Source of the DNA: Nakamurella sp.
Lineage (GTDB): Bacteria; Actinomycetota; Actinomycetes; Mycobacteriales; Nakamurellaceae
Direction of reading: 5' to 3'
NCBI GenBank assembly: GCA_035633315.1
Contig: DASQFG010000253.1
Coordinates: forward strand, 1 to 39,006
Length of the DNA stretch: 39,006 nt
This document shows positions 1 to 8,435 of the stretch, piece by piece. Both the position numbers and the translations under genes were made by a program. Each line of letters begins with the position of its first letter. The first letter of the stretch is position 1. The notes beneath the pieces were generated by a model that did no database searches, was not told the origin of the DNA, and saw only the letters and a list, made by a program, of their open reading frames with translations.

Positions 1-1433
1 GCGCCCACCTCGGCCTCCTCGGGCTGCACGTCCACCCGCAGAGCGAACTCCCTGGCGGTCTCCGCGGTCTTCGGGCCAAGGCAGGCCACGATCGAGCGGG
101 AGTGTGGCTTGCCTGCGATGCCGACGAGGTTGCGCACGGTCGAGGACGAGGTGAAGCAGACCGCCTCGAAGCCGCCCGTCTTGATGGCTTCGCGGATGGG
201 AGCGGCCGGCGGAGCGGCCCGCACGGTCCGGTACGCGGTGACGTCGTCGATCTCCCAGCCGCGTTCACGCAGCCCCTCGGCCAGCGTCTCGGTCGCGATG
301 TCCGCCCGCGGCAACAACACCCGGTCCACCGGATCGAGCACGTCGTCGAAGTCGGGGAACGAGGCCAGCAGGCCGGCGGTGGACTGTTGGTCGTCCGAGA
401 TCAGCTCGGGGATGATGCCGAGCGCCCGGACCGCGTCACCGGTGGCACTGTCCACGCAGGCGATGCGTACGCCGGAGAACGCCCTGGCGTCCAGGCCGAA
501 CTCGGCGAACTTCTCCCACAGCGCACGGACGGAGTTCGTGGAGGTGAACACCACCCACTGGTACCGCCCGTCGACCAAGCCCTTGACCGCGCGTTCCATC
601 TGCGCGGGCGTGCGGGGCGGTTCGACGGCCACCGTCGGCACCCGCTGCGGGATGGCTCCGTGCATCCGGAGCAGGTCGAGCATCCCGTCCGCGGGATCGC
701 GGGTCTGCGGGATCAGCACCCGCCAGCCGTACAGCGCGCGGGATTCCCACCAGGAGAGTCGGCCGCGCTGGCTGATGCCGGCGCCGACCGTCACCACCAG
801 CGGTCCACTCATCTGGCCGCCGATGCCGTCCAGGGTGGCCAGCGTGCCGTCCACCGTCCGCTGGGTCGGCAGGGTTGCTCCGGACGTCACCGATGCCGGG
901 GTCTCCCCGGCCAGCCCGGACTCGGCGAGCAGCGCCGCGGTGTCGGCCAGGTGCCCGGCCGCCGCCTGCAGCAGCAGGGTGCCCGGCGCCGCGGCCAGCC
1001 GCGACCAGTCCGAGGTCGACCGCACGTCCGCGATGGTGTGCACCGAGCCGACCGGGATGCCCGAGTACGAGGCCACCGCGGCCGCCGACAGCCCCGGGAT
1101 CACGTCGAAGAGCACTGAACTACGCGAAACTCCTTGCAGCTCTTTGACAACGGGATCAGCGGTGAGCACGTCACCGGCCACCAGTCGGACCACCAACTGC
1201 CCCGAGCGAGCCGCGGTCACCAGCGTCTTGGCCACCTCGGCGGGTTCGCCGACAGCGGGCCTGATCTCCGCCTCGGTGGCCATTGCCGTGACATCTTCCG
1301 GCACGTCGGGATCGGTGATCACCACTGACGCCCCCGCCAACGCCTCGGCGGCCCGCATGGTCAGCAGGCCCGGATCACCTGGACCTGCACCGACAAAGGC
1401 GATGCGACCAACGGTTCTGCGTGCACGGGTCAT
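1..1433 (-). CDS. hemD: Bifunctional uroporphyrinogen-III C-methyltransferase-like / uroporphyrinogen-III synthase (3' end outside window)
   Basis: Not in the ORF track; translated by hand. ATG at 1433 with RBS AAGGAG; MTRARRTVGRIAFVGAGPGDPGLLT, WWESRALYGWRVL, WVVFTSTNSV, VTAYRTVRAAPP, VCFTSSSTVRNL match the actinobacterial CysG/HemD fusion. Confidence 0.93.
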   Translation of the reverse strand, partial: MTRARRTVGRIAFVGAGPGDPGLLTMRAAEALAGASVVITDPDVPEDVTAMATEAEIRPAVGEPAEVAKTLVTAARSGQLVVRLVAGDVLTADPVVKELQGVSRSSVLFDVIPGLSAAAVASYSGIPVGSVHTIADVRSTSDWSRLAAAPGTLLLQAAAGHLADTAALLAESGLAGETPASVTSGATLPTQRTVDGTLATLDGIGGQMSGPLVVTVGAGISQRGRLSWWESRALYGWRVLIPQTRDPADGMLDLLRMHGAIPQRVPTVAVEPPRTPAQMERAVKGLVDGRYQWVVFTSTNSVRALWEKFAEFGLDARAFSGVRIACVDSATGDAVRALGIIPELISDDQQSTAGLLASFPDFDDVLDPVDRVLLPRADIATETLAEGLRERGWEIDDVTAYRTVRAAPPAAPIREAIKTGGFEAVCFTSSSTVRNLVGIAGKPHSRSIVACLGPKTAETAREFALRVDVQPEEAEVG

Positions 1434-1669
1434 GACGTGCTCCTTGCGCGTGAGGGTGCGCCGGCGCCACGGGGTAGTGGCGCCGACCAGTTACCCGCTG
1501 CCGCGGCGGTCCCGCGGCAGCGTTCGATCCGTCGGGATCGAGGATTGGGGTGATGATCAGCGGCGTGATCAGCGGTGTGATCAGCACGGCCCGCCCGACA
1601 GGGCTGTTCACGACAGGGCTGTTCACGACAGGGCTGCACGACAGGGCTGTTCACGACAGGGCTGTTCAC
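1430..1669 (-). CDS. Putative 79-aa repeat-derived Cys/His-rich peptide
   Basis: GTG start overlaps the rex stop (GTGA) and its TGA overlaps the hemD ATG (ATGA). No recognisable family; coding status uncertain. Confidence 0.3.
   Translation of the reverse strand: MNSPVVNSPVVQPCREQPCREQPCRAGRADHTADHAADHHPNPRSRRIERCRGTAAAAGNWSAPLPRGAGAPSRARSTS
1554..1586. repeat. Three tandem 12-bp repeats TGATCAGCGG(C/T)G, last one partial
   Basis: tgatcagcggcg tgatcagcggtg tgatcagca read directly from the sequence. Confidence 0.85.
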
Positions 1670-1672
1670 GAC
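1596..1672. repeat. Five tandem 15-bp repeats CGACAGGGCTGTTCA (third copy lacks 2 nt)
   Basis: Copies at 1596, 1611, 1626 (13 nt), 1639 and 1654. Confidence 0.95.
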
Positions 1673-2496
1673 GTCACCGCCACGGCGCTGGGCAGCAGTC
1701 CCGGATGACGTGCCGGGGCGATGGCGCCGGCAGCGCTGGCCTGGGCCGGGACGGGGCCGGCAGCCTGCCCGGAGAGCTGGCCGCTCACCTGACCAGGGAG
1801 CTGACCCGCGGCGGGAACTGCAGTCGGCGTCCGGTGGGCCTCGTGGAAGGCGAGGATCTGCAGCTCGAGCGACAGATCGACGTGCCGGACCTCGACGTCG
1901 TCGGGCACGTTCAGCACACCGGGCGCGAAGTTCAGGATGGACCGGATGCCGGCCCCGACCAGGGTGTCGGCCACCTCCTGCGCAGCCGAGGCGGGCGTTG
2001 CGATGACCCCGATCGTCACACCGGCGAGCCGGCAGATCGCCCGGGCGTCATGGATGTCCTCGATACGCAGGCCGGCAACGTCGCGTCCGATCCGCTCGGG
2101 ATCGGCGTCGAAGAGGGCCGAGATGACGAAGCCCCGCCCGCTGAGGCCGGGGTAGCCGGCCAGAGCCTGTCCGAGATTGCCCAGGCCGGCCAGCGCGACC
2201 CGGTGTGCGCGGTGCGCGCCGAGCATGTGGCTTATCTGGTCGGTGAGAGTCGCGACGTCGTATCCGACCCCGCGGATGCCGTAGGAGCCGAGGAAGGACA
2301 GGTCCTTGCGCAGTTTGGCCGAGTTGACGCCGGCCGACAGGGCCAGCTCGGTCGAGGAGATCGTCGTTCCGGGGTGCTCGCCGCGCTCTGCCAGACCGGA
2401 CAGCACACGCAGGTAGACGGCCAATCTGGCCACCGTGGCCTCCGGGATCGCGCGGGCGCGGGAGCTGACCCGCCCCCCTCCGACCTGCGATGTCAC
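1666..2496 (-). CDS. rex: Redox-sensing transcriptional repressor Rex
   Basis: IPEATVARLAVYLR, GVNSAKLRKDLSFLGSYGIRGVGYDV, GLGNLG, ILNFAP. Start moved to GTG 2496 (GGAGG 8 nt upstream), downstream of the operator. Confidence 0.95.
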   Translation of the reverse strand: MTSQVGGGRVSSRARAIPEATVARLAVYLRVLSGLAERGEHPGTTISSTELALSAGVNSAKLRKDLSFLGSYGIRGVGYDVATLTDQISHMLGAHRAHRVALAGLGNLGQALAGYPGLSGRGFVISALFDADPERIGRDVAGLRIEDIHDARAICRLAGVTIGVIATPASAAQEVADTLVGAGIRSILNFAPGVLNVPDDVEVRHVDLSLELQILAFHEAHRTPTAVPAAGQLPGQVSGQLSGQAAGPVPAQASAAGAIAPARHPGLLPSAVAVTS

Positions 2497-2573
2497 CCGT
2501 TTTGCCTCCGCAGTAGGGTCGCACCCCACCGGTGCCGTGGCGACCGACATGTGGTAGGCCACCGGTACGGCGA

Positions 2574-2602
2574 AGCCTAGCCATTCGTGAACACAGGCAC
2601 AA
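2574..2602 (-). promoter_or_regulatory. rex promoter with overlapping Rex operator (ROP)
   Basis: Minus strand TTGTGCCTGTGTTCACGA (2602-2585) versus consensus TTGTGAA-N4-TTCACAA. TTGTGC-N17-TAGGCT gives plausible -35/-10 elements. Confidence 0.75.
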
Positions 2603-2649
2603 AGTCGCTGAGGTGCCCGGATCCCAGGATGTGGGACCGCCGGGCAAAC

Positions 2650-2665
2650 TGTGACAGTCGTCACG
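2650..2665. promoter_or_regulatory. Candidate CRP/GlxR site
   Basis: TGTGA-cagtcg-TCACG, 9/10 match to TGTGA-N6-TCACA, intergenic upstream of the rex promoter. Confidence 0.55.
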
Positions 2666-2742
2666 TCCCGTCGCCGGCCGTGTCCCGCCCGTCGCTGTCC
2701 GTCAGTCCCGTCGGAGGTCCGCTGAGACCGGCGTAGATCAGT

Positions 2743-2988
2743 TCAGGTCCGGAGAGCCTGCCGCAGGCGGTCCGGCTCGACCCGGTAATACGCGAGGACC
2801 ATCCCGTCGACCAGTACCACGGGCACCAGATCCCCGTACTCGGCGCGGTCCTCCGGGTCCGCGTCCACATCCACTCCGCGCCAGGTGGCGCCCAGTTCGG
2901 ATGCCACCGCGGCAACGACCGTTTCGGCCTCGTCGCACAGGTGGCAGTCGGCGCGCGTGTACAGCGTCACCCGCGGATCGCCGGTCAC
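2743..2988 (-). CDS. Glutaredoxin-like protein (DUF836 type)
   Basis: VTLYTRADCHLCDEA (CxxC) and EYGDLVPVVLVDG; GTG overlaps the upstream stop; usual neighbour of rex. Confidence 0.9.
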   Translation of the reverse strand: MTGDPRVTLYTRADCHLCDEAETVVAAVASELGATWRGVDVDADPEDRAEYGDLVPVVLVDGMVLAYYRVEPDRLRQALRT

Positions 2989-4151
2989 GCCGGCCTCCGC
3001 GGCGCCTGCTTGAGCGAGCGGGCGATGAGCACGCGCTGGATCTGATTGGTGCCCTCGACGATCTGCAGCACCTTGGCCTCGCGCATGTACCGCTCGAGCG
3101 GATGGTCCTCGACGTAGCCGGCCCCGCCGAGTACCTGCACCATGTCGGTGGTCACCTTCATCGCGGTGTCGGTCGCGATCAGCTTGGCCATCGCCGCCTC
3201 CGTGGAGAACGGCCTGCCGGCGTCCTTGCGCCGCGCCGCGTACAGGTACAGCTGCCGAGCCGCGACGATCTGCGACGCGGCATCGGCAAGCAGGAACGAC
3301 ACCCCCTGGAATTCGTCGATCGGGCGGCGGAACGCGATCCGTTCGGCGGCATAGCTCGCCGCCGCGTCCAGCGCGGCCTGGGCCAGGCCGACGGCGCACG
3401 CCGAGATCCCCAGCCGGCCGGAGTCCAAGGCGGACAGCGCGATCCGGAAACCCTGCCCCTCGTACCCGATGCGGCGGTCCGCGCCGACCCGGACCTGGTC
3501 CAGGTGCATCGTGCTGGTCACCGACCCGCGGAAGCCCATCTTGCGTTCCGGGGTGCCCGCGGTGAGTCCCGGATGCCCGTGCGGAAGCAGGAACGTGCTG
3601 ATGCCGTGGGATCGGTCGTCCCCGGTCCGGGCGGCCAGCAGGTAGAAGTCGGCGACCGGCCCGTGGGTGATCCAGGCCTTGTCGCCGGTGATGACGTACT
3701 CGTCGCCGTCGGAGACCGCACGGGTGCGCATCGCCCCGGCATCTGATCCGGCATGCGCCTCGGACAGGCAGTACGCGCCGAGTGTTGACCCGCCGAGCAT
3801 CTCCGGCAGGAACCGCTCCTGCTGCTCCGCAGTGCCGAACTCGGCGACCCCACTGCAGGCCAGCACGTGCACGCCAACCCCAAGGGCCACCGTCGCCCAG
3901 CCGCGGGCCAGCTCCTCCAGCACCTGCAGGTAGACGACCGCGGGCTGGGCGCCGCCGCCGTGCCGCTCGGGGTACGGCAGGGAGAGCAGGCCCAGTTCGC
4001 CCAGCTGGGCGAACACCTCGCGGGGAAAGCTGCCGGTCGCCTCGGCCTTGTCGGCCCGCGGCGCGAGTTCGCGCTGCACCAGGTCACGGACCAGGTCCAA
4101 CAGATCGGCGGCCTCGCTACTGGGCAATTCCCGGTCGATGACGGCGGTCAC
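2985..4151 (-). CDS. Acyl-CoA dehydrogenase
   Basis: AYCLSEAHAGSD, ITGDKAWIT, ERKMG, QVLGGAGY, REAKVLQIVEGTNQIQR. Confidence 0.95.
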   Translation of the reverse strand: MTAVIDRELPSSEAADLLDLVRDLVQRELAPRADKAEATGSFPREVFAQLGELGLLSLPYPERHGGGAQPAVVYLQVLEELARGWATVALGVGVHVLACSGVAEFGTAEQQERFLPEMLGGSTLGAYCLSEAHAGSDAGAMRTRAVSDGDEYVITGDKAWITHGPVADFYLLAARTGDDRSHGISTFLLPHGHPGLTAGTPERKMGFRGSVTSTMHLDQVRVGADRRIGYEGQGFRIALSALDSGRLGISACAVGLAQAALDAAASYAAERIAFRRPIDEFQGVSFLLADAASQIVAARQLYLYAARRKDAGRPFSTEAAMAKLIATDTAMKVTTDMVQVLGGAGYVEDHPLERYMREAKVLQIVEGTNQIQRVLIARSLKQAPRRPA

Positions 4152-4181
4152 GCCTCACGCTCCTCCCTGATCAGAACCGGC

Positions 4182-6077
4182 TCAGAACAGGTCCTCGTCG
4201 GTGTCCTGGTCACCGCGCTCTTCCCGGCTTCCGGATGCGGGCAGCCGTACCCCGAGTTCGTCAAGGTCGGCGACCTGTTCGGGAGTGACGTCCACGGCCT
4301 CCTCGCCCGGCTCGGACCCCGACTCGCCGGCCACCGCGGCTTCCTGCGCCCCGTTCACGGTAACCGCGCCCGCCGCCGACGGTCCCACCGCCACCAGCCG
4401 CGGCAGGGTCGCGTTCGGTGTCCTGGCGAAGTTGCGCAGCACGGCGCCCCGGTCCAGCCGGCCGACCTCGGTGCGGGGCAGCGACGGCGCCAGCTGGTAC
4501 ACGGCCGGGCGCTTGAAGGCCGGCAACCGGCTCTCCACGAAATCCGAGAGATCGGTCACGGTCGGCACGGCGTCGGCGCGAGCCACCAGCACGGCGGCGA
4601 CCTCCTCACCGCCGCCCGCCGCCGGCACCCCGATGACGGCGGCCTCGGCCACTCCGGGATGCAGTCCGAGCACCTGCTCGACCTCCCTGGGGTACACGGT
4701 GAAGCCGGCCACCGTCACCGTTTCCGAGGCGCGGTCGACCAGGTGCAGCTCACCGTCGTCGTCCAGGTAGCCGATGTCGCCGGTGACGAACCAGCCGTCC
4801 GCGGCTGGGCCCCCGCCGCCGTCCGGCCAGTACCCGGAGAACAGGGTGGCCCCGCGGATCGCGATCCGGCCGACCTCACCGGCGTCCGGAGCCTCGGCCA
4901 TGACGTCCAGCGGATCGTCCGGCGCGACCGTCTCGGCCTCGGTCAGCTCGGCGGCGTCATCGGCGTTGACGTCCAGCCCGTCCGGTCCGACGATCCGCAA
5001 TTCGATGCCGGTCAACGGCTTGCCGACCGACCCGTGCCGTGGCTCGTCGGTCATCAGCGTGCTGGCCACCACCGATGCGGCTTCGGACAGCCCATATCCC
5101 TCCCAGACCGGGTGGCCGATGAGGGTCTGCACGGCGCCGAAGTCGTCGGTGTCCAGCGGCGCGGTGCCCGAGGTCAGCAGCCGGACCGTGGCCAGCGAGC
5201 GCTGCGAGCCGTCCATGCCGACCAGGTGATGGAAGAACCCCGGTGCGCCGGGCACCACGGTGACCTGGTGTTCGCCGGCCGCCGCGACCGCGGACTCCGC
5301 GGCCTGCCGGCCCGCGGCGACAATGTCCGGGCTGCCGCGCAGCGCTCCGTCCGGAGCGCCGATGGAGATCGTCGCGGTGTCGAAGCCGACCTCGGGAATC
5401 ACGGTGGCACCACCGACCAGCGTGGTCGGCAGGAACGCCACCACCCAGCCGGCGACGTGGTACATCGGCAGCACCTGGAGCACCCGATCGGCGTCCCGGA
5501 CCCTGCGGTCGTCCAGCCGACCGATCGCCTCGACCGCCGCCAGGATCGAGCGGTGGGACAGCATCACGGCGCGGTCGGCCCTGGCCCTGGCCAGCACCGC
5601 CAGGTCCTCTCCCCCACCGGTCGCGGCCGGCGGAGAGTCGCTGGGCCCGGCCACCCACCACCGGGCGACGTCGTGCTGGTCGAGCCCGACCGGCAGGCCG
5701 TGATCGTGATCGACGGAGATGGCGGCCACCGCGCCGACCCGGTCGGCGACCTCGCCGGTGTCGCCGTGCGAGGGGCCGATGGGCACCGCGATCAGCCCGG
5801 CCCGGGCGCAGGCGAACAACGCCGCCGCAAGATCGGCGCCGCTGGGCAGCGCGATGACGACCCGCTCCCCGCGGTCGAGGCCGATGGAACGCAATGCCGT
5901 CACGCCGGCGTCCGCCGCGGCGTCCAGCTGCGCCCAGGACCGTGAACCGGACGCGCCGATCACCGCCGGCCGGTCCGGGTGCTGCCCGGCGGCCCGGCGC
6001 AGCAGATCGGCCACGTTTCCGGTGCTGCGGGCCGGTTCTCTGCGCTGATCTTGTGCTGGGCTGCTCACACCGCTCAT
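4182..6077 (-). CDS. AMP-binding (acyl-CoA synthetase family) protein with degenerate active-site motifs
   Basis: LPMYHVAG, EGYGLSE, GSVGKP, LFSGYW, GWFVTGDIG, VYPREVE, AEAAVIG. Start is ATG 6077 or GTG 6068, not 7175. Confidence 0.85.
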   Translation of the reverse strand: MSGVSSPAQDQRREPARSTGNVADLLRRAAGQHPDRPAVIGASGSRSWAQLDAAADAGVTALRSIGLDRGERVVIALPSGADLAAALFACARAGLIAVPIGPSHGDTGEVADRVGAVAAISVDHDHGLPVGLDQHDVARWWVAGPSDSPPAATGGGEDLAVLARARADRAVMLSHRSILAAVEAIGRLDDRRVRDADRVLQVLPMYHVAGWVVAFLPTTLVGGATVIPEVGFDTATISIGAPDGALRGSPDIVAAGRQAAESAVAAAGEHQVTVVPGAPGFFHHLVGMDGSQRSLATVRLLTSGTAPLDTDDFGAVQTLIGHPVWEGYGLSEAASVVASTLMTDEPRHGSVGKPLTGIELRIVGPDGLDVNADDAAELTEAETVAPDDPLDVMAEAPDAGEVGRIAIRGATLFSGYWPDGGGGPAADGWFVTGDIGYLDDDGELHLVDRASETVTVAGFTVYPREVEQVLGLHPGVAEAAVIGVPAAGGGEEVAAVLVARADAVPTVTDLSDFVESRLPAFKRPAVYQLAPSLPRTEVGRLDRGAVLRNFARTPNATLPRLVAVGPSAAGAVTVNGAQEAAVAGESGSEPGEEAVDVTPEQVADLDELGVRLPASGSREERGDQDTDEDLF

Positions 6078-6278
6078 TGTCCTGCCACTCGCGGGAGTGC
6101 ACCCACCGGAGCACCGGCCGCCCGCCGCCGGGTGCGCATCACCGCCCGTTGAGCGGCAGAGCAGGCCCCGCGCTGGATAGGCTGGTCGGGCATCACGCGC
6201 CGCCCGGGCCCTCCGCGCGGAACCGGTTGGCCGGCCGTTGGACAGCCGGGTGGCGCTTCGGACAGACGGGAGGCCTTC

Positions 6279-7178
6279 GTGCCGCATCGCAGGTCGCGCG
6301 CGTTCGACAAACAGGCCGAAGCGGCCGAGATCGCCGGCGCGGCGTCCGCGGAGGCCGCCTATCAGGCGGTGCACGAGGGCGAAGCGCCGCTCGAACCGGG
6401 CACCGATCTCACCGCCGCGGCCTTCTTCGACGTCGACAACACGATGATGCAGGGCGCCTCGATCTTCCACTTCGCCCGCGGCCTGGTCGCGCGCAATTTC
6501 TTCACCACCAAGGACCTGGTGCGCTTCGCGCTGCTGCAGGTCAAGTTCCGGATCATCGGGGAGGACGCGGACGACACGCACAGCGCGCGCGAGGGTGCGC
6601 TGGCGTTCGTGGCCGGCCGTCAGATCTCGCAGATCGTCGAGCTCGGCGAGGAGATCTACGACGACCTGATGGCCGACAAGATCTATCCGCGCTCGGTCGA
6701 GCTGGCCAAGAAGCACCTGGACGCCGGGCAACGGGTGTGGCTGGTCACTGCCACACCACAGGAACTGGCGCAGATCATCGCGCGCCGGCTCGGCCTCACC
6801 GGCGCGCTGGCCACCGTCGCCGCCGAGGAGAACGGTGTCTACACCGGACGGTTGTTCGGCGAGATGCTGCACGGCCCGGCCAAAGCGGCTGCCGTCCGCG
6901 CGCTGGCCGCCCGCGAGGGCCTTGACCTGCGGCGATGCACCGCGTACTCGGATTCGGTGAACGACGTGCCGATGCTCTCGGTGGTCGGCACCGCGGTGGC
7001 GGTCAACCCGGACGCGGCCCTGCGGGACGTGGCCAGGGAACGAGGCTGGCAGATCCTGGACTTCCGGACCGGCCGCAAGGCGGCCAAGATCTACCTCCCG
7101 GCCGTGCTCGGGGTCGGCGCGCTTGGTGCCGCGGTGCTGGTCGGCCGGCAGGTCTGGCGCCGGCGCCGGACCCACTGA
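6279..7178 (+). CDS. HAD-IB family hydrolase (SerB1-like)
   Basis: AAFFDVDNT motif I, LVTAT motif [20 protein letters not shown]-terminal hydrophobic helix. Confidence 0.9.
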   Translation: MPHRRSRAFDKQAEAAEIAGAASAEAAYQAVHEGEAPLEPGTDLTAAAFFDVDNTMMQGASIFHFARGLVARNFFTTKDLVRFALLQVKFRIIGEDADDTHSAREGALAFVAGRQISQIVELGEEIYDDLMADKIYPRSVELAKKHLDAGQRVWLVTATPQELAQIIARRLGLTGALATVAAEENGVYTGRLFGEMLHGPAKAAAVRALAAREGLDLRRCTAYSDSVNDVPMLSVVGTAVAVNPDAALRDVARERGWQILDFRTGRKAAKIYLPAVLGVGALGAAVLVGRQVWRRRRTH

Positions 7179-7199
7179 GCACGCGACGTTGACGCCCGA

Positions 7200-8345
7200 T
7201 CAGCCCAGGAACGGGTGACCGCGGCGCAGCAACAGCCGGTACAGGGTCTGCTGGATCGTCTCCCGCACCCGGTCGGTCAGGTTGAAGACCACCATCGGGT
7301 CGTCCGCGGCGTGGTCGCCGTAGCCGTCGGTCGGGATGGGCTCACCGAACTCGATCAGCCACTTGCTCGGCAGCGGTATCGCGCCCAGCGGCCCGAGCAG
7401 CGGGAACGTCGGCGTCACCGGGAAATAGGGGAAGCCCAGCGCGCGGGCCAGCGGCTTGATGTTGCCGATCAGCGGGTAGATCTCCTCGGCACCGACGATA
7501 GACACCGGGATGATCGGCACCCCGGTCTTCAGTGCCGCGGTGACGAACCCGCCCCGGCCGAACCGCTGAAGCTTGTACCGCTGCGAATAAGGCTTGCCGA
7601 CGCCCTTGAACCCCTCCGGATAGACCGCGACAACCTCGCCCGAGGACAGCAACCGCTCGGCGTCCGGATTGCAGGCAAGGGTGTTCCCGGCCTTGCGGCT
7701 GATCGGCCCGAGGAAGGGCGTGTCGAAGACCATGTCGGCGCCCAGCATCCGCAGCGGCCGCTGCCTGGGATGATGGTCGCGCAGCGCGACCGCCGTCATC
7801 ACCGCGTCCACCGCGATGGTCCCCGAGTGGTTCGCCACCAGCAGCGCGCCGCCGGTGTCCGGCACGTTGTGGATTCCCAGAGTGTCGATCCGGAACCACT
7901 TCTCGTACAGCAGGCGGAGCGGCGGCATCAGCACGTTGTCGGTGAAATCGGGGTCGTAGCCGAAGTCGTCGACGTCGTAGTCGCCGGTCATCCTGCGGCG
8001 CAGGAACGCGATTCCACCGGCCAGGCTGCGCTTCCAGCCAGTTTCTCCGGCGGGGGCCGGCAGCGCGGCGGTGTCCGGGCGGTCCACGTCCACGGCACCC
8101 GACGGGATGACGCCACCGGCCAGTCCGTCGGCGAACGCCGAGCCGTACCCGTGGTCAGCGCCCTGATCGCCACCGCGATTCTCACCGCCGCCGGCCGGCG
8201 CCTTGGCCGAAGGCCGGACCGCGTCCGGCTGGCCCGGCTGGGCCGATGGAGCCGACGAGGCGGCCGGAGCGGCGTGGCTCCGCTTGCGCGGCGGGCGCGC
8301 GGGGCCGGAGGCGGGCCCGCCGCCCGGCGTATCGGTGCTAACCAC
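7200..8345 (-). CDS. Lysophospholipid acyltransferase (PlsC family)
   Basis: LLVANHSGTIAVD (HxxxxD-like), VYPEG, VPIIPV; start GTG 8345 with RBS AAGGAGG. Confidence 0.9.
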   Translation of the reverse strand: MVSTDTPGGGPASGPARPPRKRSHAAPAASSAPSAQPGQPDAVRPSAKAPAGGGENRGGDQGADHGYGSAFADGLAGGVIPSGAVDVDRPDTAALPAPAGETGWKRSLAGGIAFLRRRMTGDYDVDDFGYDPDFTDNVLMPPLRLLYEKWFRIDTLGIHNVPDTGGALLVANHSGTIAVDAVMTAVALRDHHPRQRPLRMLGADMVFDTPFLGPISRKAGNTLACNPDAERLLSSGEVVAVYPEGFKGVGKPYSQRYKLQRFGRGGFVTAALKTGVPIIPVSIVGAEEIYPLIGNIKPLARALGFPYFPVTPTFPLLGPLGAIPLPSKWLIEFGEPIPTDGYGDHAADDPMVVFNLTDRVRETIQQTLYRLLLRRGHPFLG

Positions 8346-8435
8346 GGAGTTCCCTCCTTCGCGCCGTTGTTGCATCTCGGAACAGTGTCGTTGCCTCTCG
8401 GAGCAGTGCTGGACCTGGTCGACTCCCGGACGCGC

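Noticed and set aside
109..2580. 823-aa plus-strand ORF and other long antisense ORFs (3867-5945, 7215-9902, 12053-13867, 31198-33324, 34739-36517)
   Set aside because: Shadow frames of well-identified opposite-strand genes in high-GC DNA; no protein motifs.
6078..7175. 997-aa version of the acyl-CoA synthetase
   Set aside because: The extra N-terminal part is mostly the antisense of the HAD hydrolase gene.
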